A stretch of DNA of 64,000 nucleotides from contig JBDOQK010000022.1 in the NCBI GenBank assembly GCA_040437565.1, forward strand, positions 62,001-126,000, written 5' to 3'. Made by a program: the position numbers and the translations under genes. The notes beneath the pieces are model-generated. The model was not told where the DNA came from. It did no database searches and saw only the letters and a program-made list of their open reading frames with translations. Positions 37,464-50,303 of this stretch are shown here, piece by piece. Numbering within the stretch: position 1 is the stretch's first letter; every line of letters starts with the position of its first letter. Source of the DNA: Albugo candida. Taxonomy: Eukaryota.

Positions 37464-39400
37464 ATACGCTTATGTCGACCACTAAGGGCCCTACAATGGT
37501 TACTTGCATGGCATGCAATCTGTGAGGCACTGCAAGCACAACGGTATACGAATAAAAAATGGTATTTTGATAAAATTTATACGTAATAGAAGATGCCTCG
37601 ATGCCACTTCCGGAATGCGCGTTGCCAGAAAAAACAGAAAGATTGTCCGCATTGCCTTATACATTCCGCGGGAGTACAAGGCTTATCTATCGTTGAACTA
37701 AATCTGCGACTCGCACTGCAATAATCTCTTCTACACCTCTTAGTTTTGAGCGTGTGGAAAGTCACTGCAACACATTTACTATATGTTATAAAATGGTATA
37801 GCTGAGGCCTGGAGCAAAACCCGTTCTAGGCAAGCCACAGCGCCCATCGATGAAGTTGATTATGATGAAAGTAATTCATGTGTTGAATATGATGAAGAGC
37901 GTCAAAACGCATCGTCACAACCATGCGTTAGAAAAACTCAGAGCTTGTATGCGCGGAAAAAATCGTTTCATTGAATTTGGCAAATCTACATGGCATTTCA
38001 AGATATTCTGTCGTGTGTATATGTACTGTACACATGTATCAGTAACGATGTCATTGCCGATACTTGCTGTGCAACTAGTGCTTGCCAAGCTGTTTCAAAT
38101 GATATCTATAAGCGTCAGGCTGAAACCCTTCAAGTAGTAAGGATACGATACATCGACATCAACGAATTTATGGATAGACGCAATCAAATCTGCCGGCAGA
38201 CTTAATTATTTTAAGATTTATAAAGATTAAGCTCACCGAAGATGAACAAGACAAGGCGTACGCATTCATTGTCTGATCGCAGCGGCCATGATAACCTTGT
38301 CATATATGAAAACCCATAGTTTTATCGGCTGGTCGTTGGCGCTGATCTGATCCGCATGCTTTCTCACTGATACGATCGAAAAGTCTTTTTCTTCTCATTA
38401 AAAATTTTCCCAAGCTTGTTTTACTTTTAAAATAAAATACGGAAAATCATGTTTGAAAACAGGAATGGCTACCAACACCAACATGAACATCATCCCTTGC
38501 CGATCAGATCTCTATAAAAGTATCAGGACGAGACTTGACATCATTACGGATCATTATAGTAATTGTGTTCAAGCGTACCACCCCGATGGTAAAGATGTTT
38601 CAATAGCCTTGAGAAAATTTGGAAATGACATCAAAAGTATCGGAAATATCACGTTTAAAAACAATCATGACTGACGACGATCATTTGCTGGAAAATCAAC
38701 AATTTTGGATTGTATACACTGAAGCTAAGGAAAGCCTTGGCTGCAGTCAGTATTTGTTCATTCCCAACGATATAGAAGTTATGAAACCGACTTGGATGTA
38801 CAATCTCAAACACTTTCCTCGCCCAAAGTCTTTAAAGATAGAAAGGAGTAGCAGCTCGCTGGAAGAAAAAGTGACAAGGGACAGGACACGGACGCATAAT
38901 TTACAAAGGAAACGAAATCGTTTCCATTTTAAAATTTGGTCGATTGTTTCTCGGGGAAAAAGCTTGTGATCAGAGATATTCTGATTCACCATCTGTTGAC
39001 CAAGTGGGCTGTGCAACTCCTGCGTCGATTACTCATACCCGTCCGTATCATGGGGGCTCACACGTTACGCTTCCTTAGTATCTTGAGTGACTCTAGAGTT
39101 TTCTGAATGCCTCTTTTGAAATCATATCAATATATTATCAAATACGAAGCTCTAACGAACAAGCCTATAACCCTTTAAAAGTTCTCTGACTCGTTTCCGG
39201 ACGTACATGTGAATAAAGGGAACAGAAAGAGGATTGAAACTTAGGTTGTGGAGAAAAAACAGCACGCATTTACGCGCATCATAAACTCACCACGACCAGT
39301 AAATTATTCAGTAGGGCGCTTTCTCATTGGACGAAATGGCCATAATGGGAAATAGCGATCGTCGAGAGGTTGGGGGAGAATGAAGGTGGGTTTTCTAGAA
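37464..39400 (+). pseudogene. Subfamily B pseudogene (B2)
   Basis: ATA replaces ATG before RLCRPLRALQWLLAWHAICEALQAQRY; VYVLYTCISNDVIADTCCATSAC; colinear with B1; multiple lesions; 3' end approximate. Confidence 0.8.
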
Positions 39401-40069
39401 ACTTGAACAAAGTAAAAATCATTTTTCTATTGTGTTTTCAGGTCGGTCTTGCAAGTACAGAATGCATGTGGGTGGCTGTGTGGCAACTAGAGTCATGGGA
39501 AAGGGCTTGAAACATCAGCAAGATCCAAGAGATTTGGACGGAATGCTTGCCCATTTGAACATTCTACTTGGGATCTAGTGTGAATAAAACGTTGACGGTT
39601 GACACATTATGGTCGATTCGTAATGTAGAGAAGGATAGGATGGCGTAATTGCCTGGCTTACATGGCGTTCGCGATCTTAATTTTCTTTTTTATCGTGCAT
39701 GTAATACATCATAAAGACGTGAGGAAAGGGCAAAATCGAGCAGTCATCACGTCAAGGTTCTTATTACGAGCATGTGAACGACCTGTAACTGGTCTTAGTC
39801 TGACAGGTATGCACTCATTGGTCAATTTGAAGCATGCGCTGTGACCCTACTCTAACTATGAGAAGGAATGCGGCTCGTAGATTTTTATGCCGCTCTCAGA
39901 TACCAGACAGTACGTAAAATAAGACATATGGGATTCCTCTAACGGGAAAGCGGCACCTGATTCTCCGAATGGATCTATAGCTCAATGGAGCTGCTTCTAC
40001 GCACTCCAGTTTACCAGTGTACAAAGTATCTTTTAGTTGGATAGGAATGACTTGAAGTAAGAAGTAGTA

Positions 40070-40372
40070 TGTTAAAAAAGGTTAACAGTCTGCTAACCTA
40101 TCCTCCTTGTCTACCTGAGTGCCCGGTATGCCGCACACTCATCTTAAGACAAACCGTCGAAATCAGCATCTCGCTCTTGAAACTGAACCTTAAGTTCTTA
40201 CAGTCCTCCTCGCCCGCCTCGCGACTGTGATCTTCTTGTTAGCGAAGACTAAAGATTCTCGCACTTTCATCAGTCTTGGTGCCAAAAGTTCTTTGGTAAG
40301 GACGCCCGCCATCATAATTCGTGATTTGACGTACAATGACGCGACAATTCCCCGTTTAGCGAAGGCGCGAAG
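40070..40372 (-). mobile_element. Copia 3' end: RNase H tail, polypurine tract, LTR
   Basis: LYVKSRIMMAGVLTKEL (ADxLTK motif), then GAGGCGGGCGAGGAGGAC directly before TGTAAG on the minus strand; a related LTR-like copy lies at ~41725-41820. Confidence 0.7.
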
Positions 40373-40595
40373 NNNNNNNNNNNNNNNNNNNNNNNNNNNN
40401 NNNNNNNNNNNNNNNNNNNNNNNNNNNNNNNNNNNNNNNNNNNNNNNNNNNNNNNNNNNNNNNNNNNNNNNNCCTGTACAGTTATTTTCTGGTGTAGTTG
40501 CCAGCGGTCTTGACACGTCCATATCTTCATTGAGTAGGCTGATATTTACGTGGAGGAATCTTTGCCTCCGCCGAGGGGCCCCATCGCAGCCCTTT

Positions 40596-40671
40596 TGCCA
40601 CCGCCAGGATTCGAACCGGTGTACACATGGTCGGAACCCAAGTGTACTATCCGCTAGGCCCCCCGACGGGC
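40596..40671 (-). pseudogene. Degenerate tRNA-like sequence (tRNA pseudogene or SINE head)
   Basis: Minus strand has A-box-like GGCCTAGCGGATAG and B-box GGTTCGAATCC and ends GGCA; acceptor stem pairs poorly. Confidence 0.45.
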
Positions 40672-40753
40672 CCGTACCCAGCTCAGTCGGTCAACCACTT
40701 CAGCGCACGGACCCACTGCCGGAGGTCGTTAGTTCGATCCCCGGCAGTGTGGG
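40670..40753 (+). pseudogene. Second degenerate tRNA-like sequence, divergent to the first
   Basis: A-box CAGCTCAGTCGG, then GAGGTCGTTAGTTCGATCCC (variable loop plus T arm). Confidence 0.4.
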
Positions 40754-40799
40754 AAGCGGTTTGAGCCCACCCGAGCAATAAGCTTGGAAAATATCTGCC

Positions 40800-41670
40800 T
40801 CCCTAGTTTTGAAGTCAGACTTAAGTGATATTCACACGGTTAGAGGCTCATGATAGGATAAGAAAGGTAGTTAGAGAACCAGATAAACAGTGTAATGAAA
40901 TCCTTGACTATGTAGTCTCTGCCCAAAGCGTGCTACAAAGTTGGCTCCTCCTGCCACCAATGTCGATTTGAATACCTCTTAGCCATTACTGCTAAGTGGG
41001 TTCCGATTACGTCGCCCTTTACGTCCTCTCTCAATGGAAATCCACTCAAACGCTTCGCAAACTTGATCTTCTGCAGAAAGCGTTGTCCCTACTAAAGGAA
41101 GTCTGTATCCAATCCCTGGTACAAGTCTTTGCCTTCAAAAAGGCGAATGCCCAGCTTCCTTTTACGGGGGGTTCGAGACGCGAGAACTGCGCACCAAGAA
41201 CCGGCCCGTGATTTCGTTGCGGGTGCCGAGTGGTATGCTGGCGGCTACACGTGGTGTTGAGGCAGCTCAGGATGTGGGGACTATGCCGTCTCGACGTTAG
41301 CCGCGGCTTGTTCGTATCGGCGCTGCCCAGCACCGAAATAGGTAGCCACTTAAACTTGTAAAGATGCTTTTGGAGATGGCGTTAAGTCCAGCGCCTTCCT
41401 ACTCATGTCCCTGCAATGCCGAAAGATAGAGCAAAATAGACTTGACTTTTTGCCTTTCACATCCTTCTCGTGCTGTTGCTTTTGCGACGCCTCCATACGA
41501 TGCATGCATACCGTGAGGCCTGTTAGAAGTTCAAGCAGTTTTTCCTGCGTATTCTTTGGCTCCAACTTATCCTCATGAGTTCCTCTGTCTTGCTTCTTTT
41601 GACCGCTGACCCTTTCGTGATCCATCTTGCCGCTTTCGTCGGCATCGATAGTGTAAAACTTTGTGCTCAT
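40800..41670 (-). mobile_element. Probable Gypsy gag/protease remnant
   Basis: KLLELLTGLTVCMHRMEASQ (gag N-terminal coil-like), followed by decayed protease-like text ending LPFLSYHEP. Confidence 0.4.
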
Positions 41671-41916
41671 AACGTTTTATTTGGTTAGGATTGACTGGAA
41701 GAAAGAATTAGTATATGAAAAGTAAGTTCACAGTCTCCTGACCTATCCATCTTGTCTACCTGTGGTACCGGTATGCCGCAGAATCATCTCAGATGGCTGT
41801 CTTGCAACTGAACCTTTAATGCGCACTTCTTAATTCGCCGGCTACTACGTAGCCCACCAATTTAGTACAAAACAACTCGAAAAACTACTTTTTTCAACTC
41901 TTTTCTCTGGAAAACA

Positions 41917-42314
41917 ATGGTTCAAGTCGACATATCGCCACAACCCAGGGTGCTAGCGTCCACTTGTGCTGACGTGGCAACCCTCATGAATCACCCAGCT
42001 TTGGGTGATTGCGTGATTGTTGATGAGTCATCACTCCTGTTTGATGACGTGGAGAGAACCCCCACCACCAGTGTGACGGTACAGGATAAAACCGTTGTCG
42101 CAAGTGATACTGGTGGCGGATGTGGTACCGGTGTCGCGTGTGGTACCGTGGTACTGTCGTTGCCTCGTCACAGGGTGACCAAAAGGCAACTTCAAGTGTG
42201 GACGACACTAAAAGTCCCACTTTGGCTGACCTTATTAAGTCACAGGAATCCTTGCGTAAGGACCAGGCTAGAGCTCGAGCGAAATTTCGCGTGGAGCTCC
42301 CAAAGCCGAAACCT
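41917..42314 (+). mobile_element. Probable non-LTR (LINE) ORF1 5' fragment
   Basis: LADLIKSQESLRKDQARARAKFRVELPKPKP is homologous to LMDLLKSQKSKARAKVQYRAKLTKPKSP at 55786-56049(-); LINE assignment inferred from that copy's context. Confidence 0.4.
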
Positions 42315-42837
42315 NNNNNNNNNNNNNNNNNNNNNNNNNNNNNNNNNNNNNNNNNNNNNNNNNNNNNNNNNNNNNNNNNNNNNNNNNNNNNNNNNNNNNN
42401 NNNNNNNNNNNNNNATGTTATTTAAGATAGCCTAGGCAACTAGAGAAGTCAGTTAGTCTAATTCTAGTAATATAGACACCTTCAACTGTAATGTTATGCT
42501 TTTCCGCACATTGTATCCTTCGTATCAACATAAGAGAAGTCCGTTTGGATGTACTGTCCGAGGATAACAAAAGAAACATTTACCAACAGTATTGAATCTT
42601 TTCAAGCAATTTCTCCCGGAGAGATCAAATTGCATCTTTTCGATTGGCAGAACATACAGCCACGTGCCACTGAGAATATAAATGAGCTCGACACTACGAT
42701 AGTACACGAGAAGAGGAATTGCCACAAAGGGTGATAGATGAGGATAGCGAACCTCGAAGGGCTGTTAATAACTTTGAAATATTGATTTTTCTCTCTGACA
42801 GTTCAAAATCTATATCTCTATAGGGATGATAAAAAAA

Positions 42838-43333
42838 GGGAATCGTCAAAATCCCTTGGTAAAATCCCCGTAGCTTTATATGATTGGCTAGTGATCGAGA
42901 CGTTTCGATATAATTGGCTAATTTCCGAGACTGAGGATTCAACCTTATCGACTGCGAACGAGGCTATCATTGTCACCCGGAAACCATCAATAAATACCAA
43001 GTTTATAGACATAAAGTTCTTGTGTCATGAATGAACTTTACACATTGAATTGTTAGGGCTCAGTTTACAGAATAGAATGTTTTTGTGTTATCAACAAATC
43101 GTGAGCTGCGGAATAGTCTAACAACAATAGCTACACGAACAAACGCGAACGCTAACTAAACTGAGTGATGGCGAAATAGAGCGCAAAATAGTTCACGTCG
43201 AAAAGTAGCGGGCAGTGCTATCATATTGTCCCTTGCCTAGGCGTATGTTAGCACTATGCAAGCATAAAATCAGCCAATCATATCAAACTAAGGGGATTTT
43301 ACCAAAAGCACTGAGGGGATTTTAACGGTTCCC
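42838..43333. mobile_element. Non-autonomous Mutator-like element/MITE (496 bp)
   Basis: TIRs of ~55-60 bp (GGGAATCGTCAAAATCCC..TGATTGGCT / AGCCAATCA..GGGGATTTTAACGGTTCCC); 8-bp TSD TAAAAAAA at 42830-42837 and 43334-43341; no long ORF. Confidence 0.85.
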
Positions 43334-43749
43334 TAAAAAAATATACCAATTTAATAAGGAGATTGCTGCGGATACAACCAATTTTTGCTGGGGACAGATC
43401 CCTAGAACTACAAACATACCCCCTACTTTCGTACCGTCAATTGAGTAAATTAGGAAGTCTATCTCTCCTGTTACACCTCCCGTCTTAAAACCACTCCGTC
43501 CAACACTCCTGGTGCCATTTTCTCAGCTGCTAGCACCTCCAATCCACAATTCAATAACCATCACACTCTTCAGCCCACTCCCCAGTCCACTCCCCAGTCC
43601 AGTCCACTCCGACCACCTTGTCCACCACTCTCGCTCCTGCTGCTCTTGCGCATCCAGTTCCAATATTTTACTTGCAAATACTGCACTTCTAGAATTGGTG
43701 AAAAACACATTCTTCAATTCTCGAATCGTTATTGATGAGCAGTAAAACG

Positions 43750-45660
43750 ACATGCACTATCCAATGGTTTTGTTATAACCATATCCCGTTCAGAAGCCAC
43801 TGATTTTTATTACGGATGCGACCTGGGTGGTGTTTACAGAAATAATTGGAGATTAACAGAAGATACCCGCCAGCGGATATCTTCCAGCCGTCAACATGGT
43901 TGCCCCTTTCGCTGGGTTGGTCGGCTAAAACAACGAGTTTGGTTGCTTGATGACGTTTGCTCGGAGCCCTACCATGAGATTGCTGCTGACCTCAGTGGCC
44001 ATCCAGGTGCCAGAAAAGTTTCATCGCTGCATCTTCAACAAATAGATGCAGTGTCAATAGGAAACTGCTCACCAAGAGAAATTGCAACTGTTTTGAGGAA
44101 GATGCCGGATGAGGGCCCTCAAGTTGCGGTTAAAACAAAGGATATCAGCAATCAAAAAGCATCTATTCGAAAGAAGTACCTTGCAGAACGCACATCTTTG
44201 AATGCCTTGATGGATGAGCTCATTTCTGGGGAGAAATGTCACCACAGCTCTAAATCAGAACAAGCAGGTCAAATAAGCCATATAATTGTCAGTCACGTTG
44301 CATCAAAATATCTGGTTGATAAATACCATCCTGTATTTATGATTGACTGCACATATAAAACAAATTGGTATGGTATTCCACTTCTTCATATTGTTGGAAT
44401 GACCCCACTGATTCAGTCCTATTTTTCTGCCATGGCCTTTGTCTCAGAAGAAAAGGTTGGTAACTAGATATGGGCGCTCAATCAATCTAAAAATATTACG
44501 TTGCCATCAGGAAAACTGCCTGCCTGTCTAGTGACTGACAGAGAAGTGGCATTGGTTAATGCCATGGAAACTGGGATCCCTCACATGATTTGTGTTTCGC
44601 ATATTAATAAGAATATCTTGGCAAACTGCAAGAGAGATTTCCATCCGCGGATGCTTGGAATGAATTCATTGCCAATTAACCACTATTGTTCAATGTTGTG
44701 CAGTCAACAAGTACAAAACAATTTGTGGGATACTTTTAAAACTCAACATGAGGAAACCCATGCACAGTGCATCACGTACCTCCGCGAAACTTCGCTACCG
44801 TAGAAAGAACACTTTATGGAGGCACGGGCTCGAAATTATTTTCATCTCGGACAGATCACCTCTTCTCGAGCTGAGGGTGCACATTCATTCCTCAAAATAT
44901 ATGTCCACACGTCGACAAGTGACCTTCACCAGGTGGTAGACCAACTTAACATTTCTATTCAACACGAGCGTGATGCAATCCGAGCTGGTGAGGCAGCAGA
45001 CCAGCTAAACCAATCAACAAATACCAGGATACCTTTCTTCAGCTTCTTGGGTGTGTGGTGTCCAGGTTCTCCATCGAAAAGGTATGATACTTTTTTTTGC
45101 ATGAGGTCATAAAAAAGTCTCACATCTGTGCCCTTCATCCATTTTTGCCATTTTTCTATATTTTCACCCAGTTGAAGGCAGTAAAACATTACAGAGAGCC
45201 TGTGAAATCACTCCCAAACTTTGCCTTTGTGCAGAGCCTGTCATATTTGGCTTGGCTTGCCAACATACTCTGCAAGCAAAACTACAGGCCGACGATGCTA
45301 TGACCATAGATGACCTACATGCATTTTGGATCTGGGTGAAAGGGAGTCCACAGAATTCTGTGCAAAGAGATATCAATAGTTGGGAGGACACACACTCATG
45401 AGGTGTATAATAGTGCTGCTCCCCATGAACAGCTCGTTTGCACTCAGCGGTTAAAGATACTTTGGCTGGGCAGGACATTCTTCTACCACTTTCCGTCAAT
45501 ACGCGTGGGTGACCTGCACAAAAGTAGTCTACAAAATCAAAAAAGCGTGATCCATCAGCCTTTATATACCATGAACCTGGAAAAAAAAAAAACAAATGCC
45601 TAGCTTGTGGCAAGTGGGCATAATAGAAGAACGTGTCGAAAATTGCGACAGGTATGTAGG
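43750..45660 (+). mobile_element. MULE (FAR1/FHY3-like) transposase pseudogene
   Basis: VFMIDCTYKTNWYGIPLL, LVTDREVALVNA, ITSSRAEGAHSFLK and a terminal zinc knuckle (..HNRRTC); frameshifts. Confidence 0.9.
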
Positions 45661-46059
45661 GCATCAGTTTGGGATGATTTTCTTTGATTCATCTACTTAC
45701 TTTCTCTGTTGTTATTCCAGAATACAACAAGCAACCCAGCTAATGACAAAATTGTTTAAGAGAAAAACAGAGACTTGGCTGTAGAGGTGAGTCATTTCAA
45801 TCAAAGGAGTTTAGTTGTCAAAGCGGGTAACTGAATCAAGGATAATAATTTCATGTTATGTTAAGAATTTCCTGCTGGGTTCTTCATAAGGGACGATGTT
45901 GCTGAGGAGAATCGAGACCTATGCGAAGCTATACAACCATTGCTTGACAAGAACATGTGGCTTTATGATCAGACAATGGTGTCATATTTGCTTACCTACA
46001 CGCCTGAACCAACTGCACAAAGCAAGTGAATGGTAATTCCTGTGTCATTTTTACATCCT

Positions 46060-47216
46060 ACTACGTTTGTGAAGCTGCAAAAGGGAGGGCTATTGGTGGA
46101 GGTGGACCACCATCTCATGTCTTTCGAGCCAACATGCTGCTAACTTGTGATATTCGCTTTCGCCTTCTCGTACTCTTCCGTTGTTCGTGAACGATCCAAT
46201 ATCCACGCCAAATTCTTGAACAACTTTTACTTGTATTTCTTCTTGAAATTTTCCATCAAATGCCGGAAGCAGAAAAAATGTGGGGTGTTGGGTGCCGATG
46301 TATGCATAGCTTTCATAAACCCCTTTTCCCTATCCGATATCACGAATGCTGGAGATGGCTTGAGAAGAGAGAGTAGAAATTCAAAAACCAGCTCCAGTTA
46401 TCTTTATTCTCTACCGAATCAAGTCCAACTCCGATAATTTGGATCTCGTTGTTTCCATTTCGAAAGCACGCAACAAGGAGGATCCCACCGATTTATGTCT
46501 TTACAAATGTGCCGTCCACGGATATCCCACGCTCACTGTATGACTTATATGCTTATAGTCCTTCCCAGAGAATGATACTCAACCGTATGAATTCATCATT
46601 TGCGATATCAAGCTTCGCTTCGTGGCCTCAAATGTTTAGTCCAGCCATGTAGGATAGAATGAGGCTGTATTGCTTAATACCACCTCCTTATACCTCAAGC
46701 TTCTAAATTTGGAGTTCGTGAGCACAGTGCATATATGTGGTGGAATTCGCTTGGTTTGTATCATCACCAGAGTCACTTTCCTACCGGAGATTATGGCCAT
46801 ATCTCTGGCTGCAAGACTTGAAGCAGTTTGTTGTATATCTACGAGACGCCTTTAGCGATTAGGATACTTGAAAGGCGTGTGAAGAAAAAAACTTTGTTGA
46901 AGGGATGATTGTCTGCAAAAAGGAAAACTGCACAACAAAGAGAAGTCATGTTGTATGCACACTGCTTTATAACGCTTGTCACTTGATACCACGCGGAACG
47001 GACGGTTACATTCTCGGTTGTACTTAATTACTGCTTAAATTATGTTCCTTTTATTGGTATGGTTACTGTGATCGAAAGAAGCTGCTGCTAATTTGTGTCG
47101 TCGCTTTCCATTGCTGATATTGAAGTGTGCAATGTGTATATCCGTACGTATACTATACGGGCTTGTTATATTTTTTTTATTTATTTATCAAATTGGTATA
47201 TTTTTTTTATAATCCC
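46060..47216 (-). mobile_element. MULE (SWIM-type) 5' part with terminal repeat
   Basis: Minus strand shows DGTF, ISDREKGFMKA, HFFCFRHLM; homologous to 49355+; terminal block tgtgtatatccgtacgtata..ggtata..atccc matches 50254-50303. Confidence 0.75.
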
Positions 47217-47310
47217 TTTCTTTAATCAGCCCCCAGCCTCCATTAAGTAATAGATTAATGGTCTCTGATTGGTCTAAAAAATATAACAGAATAAATAAAA
47301 TAAAATTACT

Positions 47311-49254
47311 GGAATCGTTATTCAGCCCCTACCCTCCATGTATGAATGGAAATCGTGGCCTCTGATTGGTCTGAATAAATGCAACAGAATAAAAACAATA
47401 AAATCAAAAAAAAACTTCGTTTCAGCAAATCTTGTACTACTTAATCTAAGTCGATATCTAAACTACTGCTGCAAGTGTTGCTGGTGCTGTTGGTGCTACT
47501 GTTGATTCTTGACGGCAGGTTCTGGCATTCTGACCTGTCTTTTGGCATTTTCGACATCTTCGGTGATGCACAGGAGCATCCAAACAGCGCTAACATGCTC
47601 AAATTGCGATGGACGTCGCTGCGTTGAGCTCGATGGACTACCACGCGTGCGCACGTGCACAGGATCGCGAATTTCTGTCTCTGGGACTGCCAAGACATAG
47701 TCTAGCAGCGCACGCTCATAATGATTGGATACATTCTCATACTCATCATTTATACTCTTCATTGCTCTCTCAATTTGAATTGGCACGGTCCCAGCCTCAA
47801 TATGAACTGGTATTGGCTGTACCAGCCACCAATGCTGATCAAAATCATTAACAGATAGCGGTATTAGTTGATGACGAAAAGCATGGGTGCAAGGATAGCC
47901 CATTGTAGATGTCAACAAGCTGACAAGTGAATTGAAATTGAGTTAGTTGCGGTTGATGGCACTTTGTCGCAATTACTTGCACTTAGTCACAGTCTACAAC
48001 CCTTGACAATCTCGGTCATCACTAAGCCGCTGCTGGTACTGCCAATGAGCTGCGGGCAGACCTTCCACTGAAATCTTTCCCATTAACTCTGAAAACATGG
48101 GACCTAGCTGCATCGTGACTATAGCCCGCTGCTTTGCGTTTTGCTGCACAATGACAGCAAGCTGGCCTTCGCAGGCAAGGCAAACTGCTGGATTCACTAA
48201 TAGTAGGTTACCAACAGGTTATGAGCTCAACGAGTGGTTCTGACGGTACTCGGACATGTGTCGATGGCTTGATTGACTGTAATAAATGAAATTTCAGGTA
48301 CATATCAGCATAAAAACACTTTATCTGCTGACACAGAGATCAATTCTTTTTAGGGAAGCATGGGCGCTCTCCACCCGGACGTTGTTACATGCCCATAATG
48401 ACGCTTATTGTGTAGAACAGTTAAAAAAAACGCTCCTTGTAAACCAGCCATGTTGTCTTAAGGTAGCTCATGGAAGCTGCAGGGAAGATGGCCTGCATTA
48501 CTGAAAGTTGGGTCTGAAAATCGGCAATGGCTGTGGCGGCAAAAAGTTGATCCCAGGTTTGATTGAATTCTTGCCAGGCTTTAGATGAGCAAGACGATCA
48601 AATAAAGCTACCACTGGAGATCGGCCTGCCAGCATCCTGTTGCATTATTCAAGATGCAAGCTGTAGATATCCTGAGCTGTGGCCATGACATTGTTGTTTT
48701 GGCGCAGTGAAGTGACAATACGGCTGGGTGTCATACCAGAACGACCCAGCATCAAGACTGATTGTCGGCTTTCTTATGCTAAAACGCGCCCTCTTGGATC
48801 CGCAGACTGGTGAGCAAAGGAAGCATGATTGTGTTTCCATTTTCAATTTGCACTTGCCATTCACCAGACTTTTGTTTCCGTACGCTGGCCTTAAACAAAC
48901 ACCCAGTACTGCGGCTAGAAGAAACACGCTGGCGAGTACATGCACCCATAACTAGAAGGTTTGATTGCGAGCACGCAAGAATTAAAGCTTTTACTTCTCC
49001 ATCTGCCTTATTGCCTATCTTTCTTCTGTGTGTGATAACAAAAAAATAGCCTTGTTGTAGTGCATGATCATCAATTGCTGCCTTCACCTGTTCTATACTA
49101 GGGTAGGCTAGCTGGGGTGGTGGTGTAAAGCTGTTCATTGTGGTTTGTAGAGTTGATGAAAGCGTAACTTTATTGTTTTCATTCCGCTGCATTTATTCAG
49201 ACCAATCAGAGGCCACTGATATATTAATTTATGAAGGCTGAGGTGAGTGCTGAA
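47311..49254 (-). mobile_element. Internally deleted FAR1-type MULE with TIRs
   Basis: FAR1-like ORF 48779-49192 and C-terminal ORF 47496-47918 (MGYPCTH..FDQHWWL..RTRGSP); 47320-47405 is an inverted repeat of 49165-49254; right end cut by gap. Confidence 0.85.
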
Positions 49255-49354
49255 NNNNNNNNNNNNNNNNNNNNNNNNNNNNNNNNNNNNNNNNNNNNNN
49301 NNNNNNNNNNNNNNNNNNNNNNNNNNNNNNNNNNNNNNNNNNNNNNNNNNNNNN

Positions 49355-50303
49355 ATTGGCTCGTTCACGAACAACGGTGGAATACGAAAAGGCGAAGGAG
49401 AATATCGCCAATTTGAACAGCAGTACGCTGGTGTGGTTACAGGAGGTTGGTCGTGGAAATTGGTCAACTGCGTACTCACCATGTCTAAGGTACAACACTT
49501 TGACATCAAACAACGTGGATGCGGTAAACAGCGTCTTGAAGGGAATTCTGACTCTTCCTATCATCGATTGCTTAATGGGGATCGAACGTTACATGGCGTG
49601 CAAGTGGGCTGAAAATATCAGCAAAGTGAAAGGCTAGGGAAAACTAACTCCATATGAATCACGAAAAGTGGATAAAACAATAGCCGCTGCAAGGTGGGGT
49701 GCGATTGATGAATGCTCGACCTGATGCTACATCGTCGCAATCCGCTCAGGGATGGGTACTATTCCGGTGATGTTTGCAGTTCATTTTCGTGATAAATATG
49801 TGCGATGTTCGCGTGGGTACTTCGAAGATGTTGGCTCGCCTTGCATTTATGCATTACTGGCATTGAAGCAATTCAGAAAATTGCCCAACATGGTCACGTA
49901 TTTTCATGACTCCTAGAAGTTATCGACGTTTGCGACCGCCTATTCTGAGAGATCTGACGATAGCATAATGTCAATAGTGCTGAAAATGATCTCATAAGAG
50001 GTGTGTGCAACGCTTCATCTATTCTGAGAAAAAAAGGGCGCCCAAAGAAGAAGCGGATTCCATCGCAACAAGCTACTGAGAAAATGGATAAGCACCGAAC
50101 GAGATGTGGAATGTGCAACCATTTTGGCCATAATCGCAGGACCTGTCCGATAAGGACGCATATTTGTATGCTTCATCATTTTTACCACACAGTGCATTAT
50201 TGATCAGAGGTTTTTTATCCAAGACTGGGTTCTCCTCGTTATAATCCTAGACATGTGTATATCCGTACGTATAGTATACTGCCTTGGTATTTTTTACATT
50301 CCC
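49355..50303 (+). mobile_element. MULE (SWIM-type) 3' part
   Basis: YNTLTSNNVDAVNS, decayed SWIM (CSRG..GSPCIYA), KKGRPKKKR, zinc knuckle CGMCNHFGHNRRTC, terminal repeat ending TTCCC. Confidence 0.85.

Noticed and set aside
40596-40753. Functional tRNA genes
   Set aside because: Acceptor and anticodon stems pair poorly; kept only as tRNA-like relics.
43943-45112. Host FAR1/FHY3-like transcription factor gene
   Set aside because: Fragmented by stops and frameshifts and embedded among TIR elements; a decayed transposase is the simpler reading.
45700-46050. OTU-like accessory domain downstream of the MULE transposase
   Set aside because: Only a short PTAQSK*MVIP resemblance; too weak to call by eye.
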